A stretch of 64,000 nt of DNA from Armatimonadota bacterium. Lineage in GTDB: Bacteria > Sysuimicrobiota > Sysuimicrobiia > Sysuimicrobiales > Humicultoraceae. The stretch spans positions 22,442 to 86,441 of the forward strand of contig JBBIOM010000001.1 in the NCBI GenBank assembly GCA_037443365.1. The letters are read 5' to 3'. The notes beneath the pieces were generated by a model that was not told the DNA's origin, searched no databases, and saw nothing but the letters and a program-made list of their open reading frames with translations. This document shows, piece after piece, positions 60,943 through 64,000 of this stretch (position 1 is its first letter; each line of letters opens with the position of its first letter). The position numbers and the translations under genes were made by a program.

Positions 60943-61556
60943 CAACTCTTCGGCGACCCGCCCTCCGGCGTGTGGGGCGGCGTTGCGATGCCGGCCGAGA
61001 TGACGAGCTTCAGCGCATCCTCCACGCTCATCTCCAGCGGGGTGATCTGGTGCTCGGGAACGAGGCACAGGAAGCCTGTCGTGGGGTTGGGGGTCGTGAC
61101 CACGAAGACGTTCACGAGGTGCTCGGCGGTCTTCGCCTGCACCTCCCCCCGCGTCTCGCCCGTGAGGAATCCCACGGTGAAGAGGCCTGGACGCGGCCAT
61201 TCGAGCAGCACGGCCCGCCTGAATGCCCCGCGCTTCTGCTGCAAGAGCGCGTCGCTGATCTGCTTGGTCGCGAAGTAGACGGTCCTGGCCAGGGGGATGC
61301 GCATCATCAGGGAGTCGAACAACTGGACGATGCGGCCCCCGATGATGTTGCTGGCCATGGTCCCCGCCGCCAGGATCAACAGGAACCCGGCCAGCAACCC
61401 CAGCCCAGGGATCCTGAAACCCAATACGCGGGCGAAGAATGGACCCAACAGGTTGTCGAGGAATCGGAACAGGAACAGCAGCACGAAGACCGTCACGCCC
61501 AGCGGCAGGGTCACCAGCAGCCCTGCGATGAGGTGCCTCCGGAAGTGGTGCAGCAT
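60942..61556 (-). CDS. DUF502 domain-containing membrane protein
   Basis: 204 aa with 2 N-terminal TM helices and the DUF502 pattern (GTMASNIIG, VGFLTGE). Confidence 0.7.
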   Translation of the reverse strand: MLHHFRRHLIAGLLVTLPLGVTVFVLLFLFRFLDNLLGPFFARVLGFRIPGLGLLAGFLLILAAGTMASNIIGGRIVQLFDSLMMRIPLARTVYFATKQISDALLQQKRGAFRRAVLLEWPRPGLFTVGFLTGETRGEVQAKTAEHLVNVFVVTTPNPTTGFLCLVPEHQITPLEMSVEDALKLVISAGIATPPHTPEGGSPKS

Positions 61557-62836
61557 CAGCCGTCGGGCTCCAGGTCGGGGGCCGTCTTCGTGACCCGCAC
61601 CAGCTCGATACTGCGGCCCTCTACCCGCTCGACCGAGAGCTCAACATCGCCAGAGACCACGCGCTCCCCCTGAACAGGAATGTGCCCCAGCAGGCTGTAG
61701 ACGAACCCGCCCAGCGAGTCGGCCTCGCCCACGGGCAACTCCAGGCCGAGCGCGGAGTTGACTTCCTCGATGTGCAGGCGGCCGTCCACCAGCGCGACGC
61801 CCTCGCCAATCGCCGTGATCGGCGCGTCTTCCTTGTCGTACTCGTCGCGAATCGGCCCCACGATCTCCTCGAGAAGGTCCTCTATCGTCACCAGCCCGGC
61901 GGTCCCGCCGTACTCGTCCACCGCGATCGCCATGTGAACCTGCCCGCGGCGCATCTCGCGGAACAGTTCGTCCAGCCGCTTGCTGTCGGGGACGAAATGC
62001 GCCGGGCGAGTGAAGTCGCTGACCCTCCCCTCCAGGCGTCCGTCCCTGAACCCCGAGATCAGGTCCTTGACGTGCACCAGTCCGACTATCTGATCCACGG
62101 TGTCGCGGTAGACCGGGATCCGCGAGTGCGCGTGGGTCCGGACGACATCAAGCACGGCCTCGATCGGTTCGTCGGACTCGACGCAGACCATGTCCACGCG
62201 CGGGACCATCACCTCGCGCACCACCGTGTCGCCGAACTCCATGATCGAGTGGATCATCTCGCTCTGGTCCTGCTCGAGGATCCCCTGTTCCTCGCCCATG
62301 CGCACCAGAACCTGTATCTCCTCCTCGCTCACCATGGGAGCATCGGGCCGTACGCGCCCTCCCAGCGGCCGGGCCAGAAGATTCGTGAGAAAGGAGAGGG
62401 CTCGGCCGACCGGCGCGAGCAGCACCGCCAGCAGGGCAACGGGGCGGGCAACCATCAAGGAGAGCCGGTCGGCGTGATGCGCGGCAATGGTCTTGGGGGT
62501 GATCTCCGCGAGGATCAGCACCGTGAGCGTGACCGCGACGAAGGCGTAGGCCGGTCCCTTCTCGTGCCCGAGCAGCCTCACCAGGAGCGTCGTCGCGACA
62601 ACCGCCGCGGCGGTATTCACCATGTTGTTGCCGATCAGGAGGGCGGAGAGAAGCCGGGCAGGGTTGTCCAGCAGGCCCAGCGCGACCCGGGCCCGCCCGC
62701 TGCCCTCCTCGCGCAGGTGCCGCAGCTTGAGGCGGTTGGCCGTGAACAGGGCCGTCTCCGATCCCGAGAACAGAGCAGAGAGCAGGAGTAGTAGCCCCAG
62801 TACCACGACTTCGACTGCATAACTTGACGCTTCCAA
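61556..62836 (-). CDS. hemolysin/CorC family protein (CNNM-type: DUF21 + CBS pair + CorC_HlyC)
   Basis: 426 aa with 4 TM DUF21, two CBS domains and a C-terminal transporter-associated domain. Confidence 0.85.
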   Translation of the reverse strand: MEASSYAVEVVVLGLLLLLSALFSGSETALFTANRLKLRHLREEGSGRARVALGLLDNPARLLSALLIGNNMVNTAAAVVATTLLVRLLGHEKGPAYAFVAVTLTVLILAEITPKTIAAHHADRLSLMVARPVALLAVLLAPVGRALSFLTNLLARPLGGRVRPDAPMVSEEEIQVLVRMGEEQGILEQDQSEMIHSIMEFGDTVVREVMVPRVDMVCVESDEPIEAVLDVVRTHAHSRIPVYRDTVDQIVGLVHVKDLISGFRDGRLEGRVSDFTRPAHFVPDSKRLDELFREMRRGQVHMAIAVDEYGGTAGLVTIEDLLEEIVGPIRDEYDKEDAPITAIGEGVALVDGRLHIEEVNSALGLELPVGEADSLGGFVYSLLGHIPVQGERVVSGDVELSVERVEGRSIELVRVTKTAPDLEPDG

Positions 62837-62898
62837 GGAGGATCTTGCCTGCCTTCTTGGCCACCCGGGCGCCGAACCGCTCCGATTATATCACAGGC

Positions 62899-63363
62899 CT
62901 ATCGCCGCGCACCCGAACGCCAGACAGCCAGGCCCGCGCAGACAAGCACCCCAACAAGAACAGCGGCCCGGCCGGCAGCGAGGGCGTCGGCGGGGCCAAT
63001 ACCAACCGCGGTCGCCACCGGGGGCCCCAGGACGATGACTCCGACGATCGCCGCGCCCGCGGCGGCAACCAGCACCGCAGCCGCGCTCAAGTCCTTGGCA
63101 CGAGCGGCCGTGGCATCGCGCCGCCCCCCGGCAAGCATGTCGACCACCGTCTCGATCGCGGTGTTCACAAGCTCCACGGAGAGCACCGCGACCATCACGA
63201 CGACCAGAACGGCCGTGTCCGCGACCGGCAGCTCGAGCCACATCACCGCCACGGAGACCGCGCATGCGATCAGGACTTGGATCCTCATGGTTCGCTGGGA
63301 ATTCATCGCCTCGACCAGCCCACGGCCCGCGTACTCGAAGCTATGCCAGAGGGTGCGCCGCAT
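62899..63363 (-). CDS. dgkA: diacylglycerol kinase family protein (DgkA-type, likely undecaprenol kinase)
   Basis: 154 aa, 3 TM, with DgkA motifs (SF.YAGRGL, ELVNTAIETVVD, AKDLSAAAV). Confidence 0.7.
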   Translation of the reverse strand: MRRTLWHSFEYAGRGLVEAMNSQRTMRIQVLIACAVSVAVMWLELPVADTAVLVVVMVAVLSVELVNTAIETVVDMLAGGRRDATAARAKDLSAAAVLVAAAGAAIVGVIVLGPPVATAVGIGPADALAAGRAAVLVGVLVCAGLAVWRSGARR

Positions 63364-63372
63364 GCTCTTGCC

Positions 63373-63843
63373 CTACCTCCTTTTGCCGAAGATCCGCGCC
63401 AGGATCCTTCGCTCGTGCGTCCTCATGAGCCGCGCTTCACCCGGTGTGCAGTCGTCGTAGCCACGCAGGTGGAGCAGGCCGTGCACCAGGAGCAACACCA
63501 CCTCCTGGCGGACTGGCCAACCGGCGTCGCGCGCCTGGGCGCGCGCCCGCTCCAACGAGATCAGTATCTCGCCGAGCGGCGGCGCCGGAGGGACGGAGCG
63601 GCCCCGGGAGCCACGCCGGCCCCGGGGGGTCGTCTCGCCAGGAAAGGCCAGCACGTCGGTCGGCCGCCGCTGCCCCAGAAACCGGCGGTTGATGCGACTG
63701 ATCGTGGCGTCATCCACCAGGGCGATCTCGACTCGGGTCCCGCGGGGGCAGCGAGTGGCCCGCATCGCCGTCAGGGCGGCGTCCCTGAGAAGCCAAAGCG
63801 GGATCGAGTGCCGCGCGCCCGACGTGACGATGTCAACCTGCAC
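63373..63843 (-). CDS. ybeY: rRNA maturation RNase YbeY
   Basis: 156 aa with His triad motif HGLLHLRGYDD (UPF0054); GTG start. Confidence 0.85.
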   Translation of the reverse strand: MQVDIVTSGARHSIPLWLLRDAALTAMRATRCPRGTRVEIALVDDATISRINRRFLGQRRPTDVLAFPGETTPRGRRGSRGRSVPPAPPLGEILISLERARAQARDAGWPVRQEVVLLLVHGLLHLRGYDDCTPGEARLMRTHERRILARIFGKRR

Positions 63844-63852
63844 CAGGATTCC

Positions 63853-64000
63853 TCAACGGGCCCTGGCCGGACGGTCGCGGCGCCGTCGCGCCAGCTCGCC
63901 CTCCAGGTCCGGGTACTCCAGGCGCGGGTGGAGCACCCCGCCCAGGACGCGCGCGAACGCCACGGCGATCCTGTCAAGATCGCGGAACGTCAGGCCGCAC
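63853..64000 (-). CDS. 3' end of an unidentified upstream gene (partial, runs off the window); by synteny possibly a PhoH-like or HD-domain protein
   Basis: The open minus-strand frame from the window edge to a TGA at ~63853 reads ...LTFRDLDRIAVAFARVLGGVLHPRLEYPDLEGELARRRRDRPARAR*, and ybeY starts 10 nt later. Confidence 0.3.
   Translation of the reverse strand, partial: CGLTFRDLDRIAVAFARVLGGVLHPRLEYPDLEGELARRRRDRPARAR

Overview
This 64 kb window is a very high-GC (~70%), gene-dense stretch of bacterial chromosome with about 60 protein genes and one tRNA. Almost everything is on the minus strand; the main exception is a plus-strand block at 24.5-32.2 kb. Content is housekeeping. In order along the window:
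- a succinate dehydrogenase operon in the unusual order sdhA-sdhC-sdhD-sdhB
- molybdenum-cofactor genes mog-moaC-moeA
- threonine catabolism genes tdh-kbl
- a full livKHMGF branched-chain amino acid ABC transporter
- proline dehydrogenase and glutamate dehydrogenase
- a cell-division/peptidoglycan module: ftsE-ftsX, a coiled-coil M23 peptidase, ctpA and a YibQ-like deacetylase
- surE, a Memo-like protein, cutA and a HEAT-repeat protein
- a small ORF plus hpt, followed by a BMP-family nucleoside ABC transporter
- tRNA-Gln(CUG) divergent from glnS
- a PTP-like phosphatase, acyl-CoA dehydrogenase, gltX, prs and spoVS
- a csaB pyruvyl-transferase operon with a large membrane protein
- prfB with its programmed +1 frameshift, an extended lnt, secA, hpf and a membrane pyrophosphatase
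- a dGTPase-like HD protein, ppdK, glyQ-glyS and recO
- an NRAMP transporter preceded by a pore-less MgtE_N/CBS protein
- cdd, a DUF502 protein, a CorC/CNNM protein, dgkA and ybeY

The gene order (hpf-secA-prfB, recO-glyQS, ybeY-dgkA-cdd) together with SpoVS and CsaB points to a high-GC Firmicutes-like lineage such as Symbiobacterium, Thermaerobacter or Limnochordia. This is inference only. I found no mobile elements, CRISPR arrays, prophage genes or recognisable defence systems, and nothing I would call an undescribed system.

The points most worth a second look are:
- the PRC-barrel/MgtE_N/CBS protein co-operonic with NRAMP
- the C-terminally extended Lnt, whose GTG start overlaps the secA stop
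- the csaB start-codon problem
- a leaderless small ORF with a nuclease-like motif upstream of hpt
- a glyQS leader that has no T-box but carries a terminator-like hairpin
- the atypical sdh gene order

The many long plus-strand ORFs that sit antisense to real genes are high-GC artefacts. Starts set inside track ORFs are computed from track coordinates. A few promoter, hairpin and tRNA coordinates come from manual reading and may be off by 1-2 nt.
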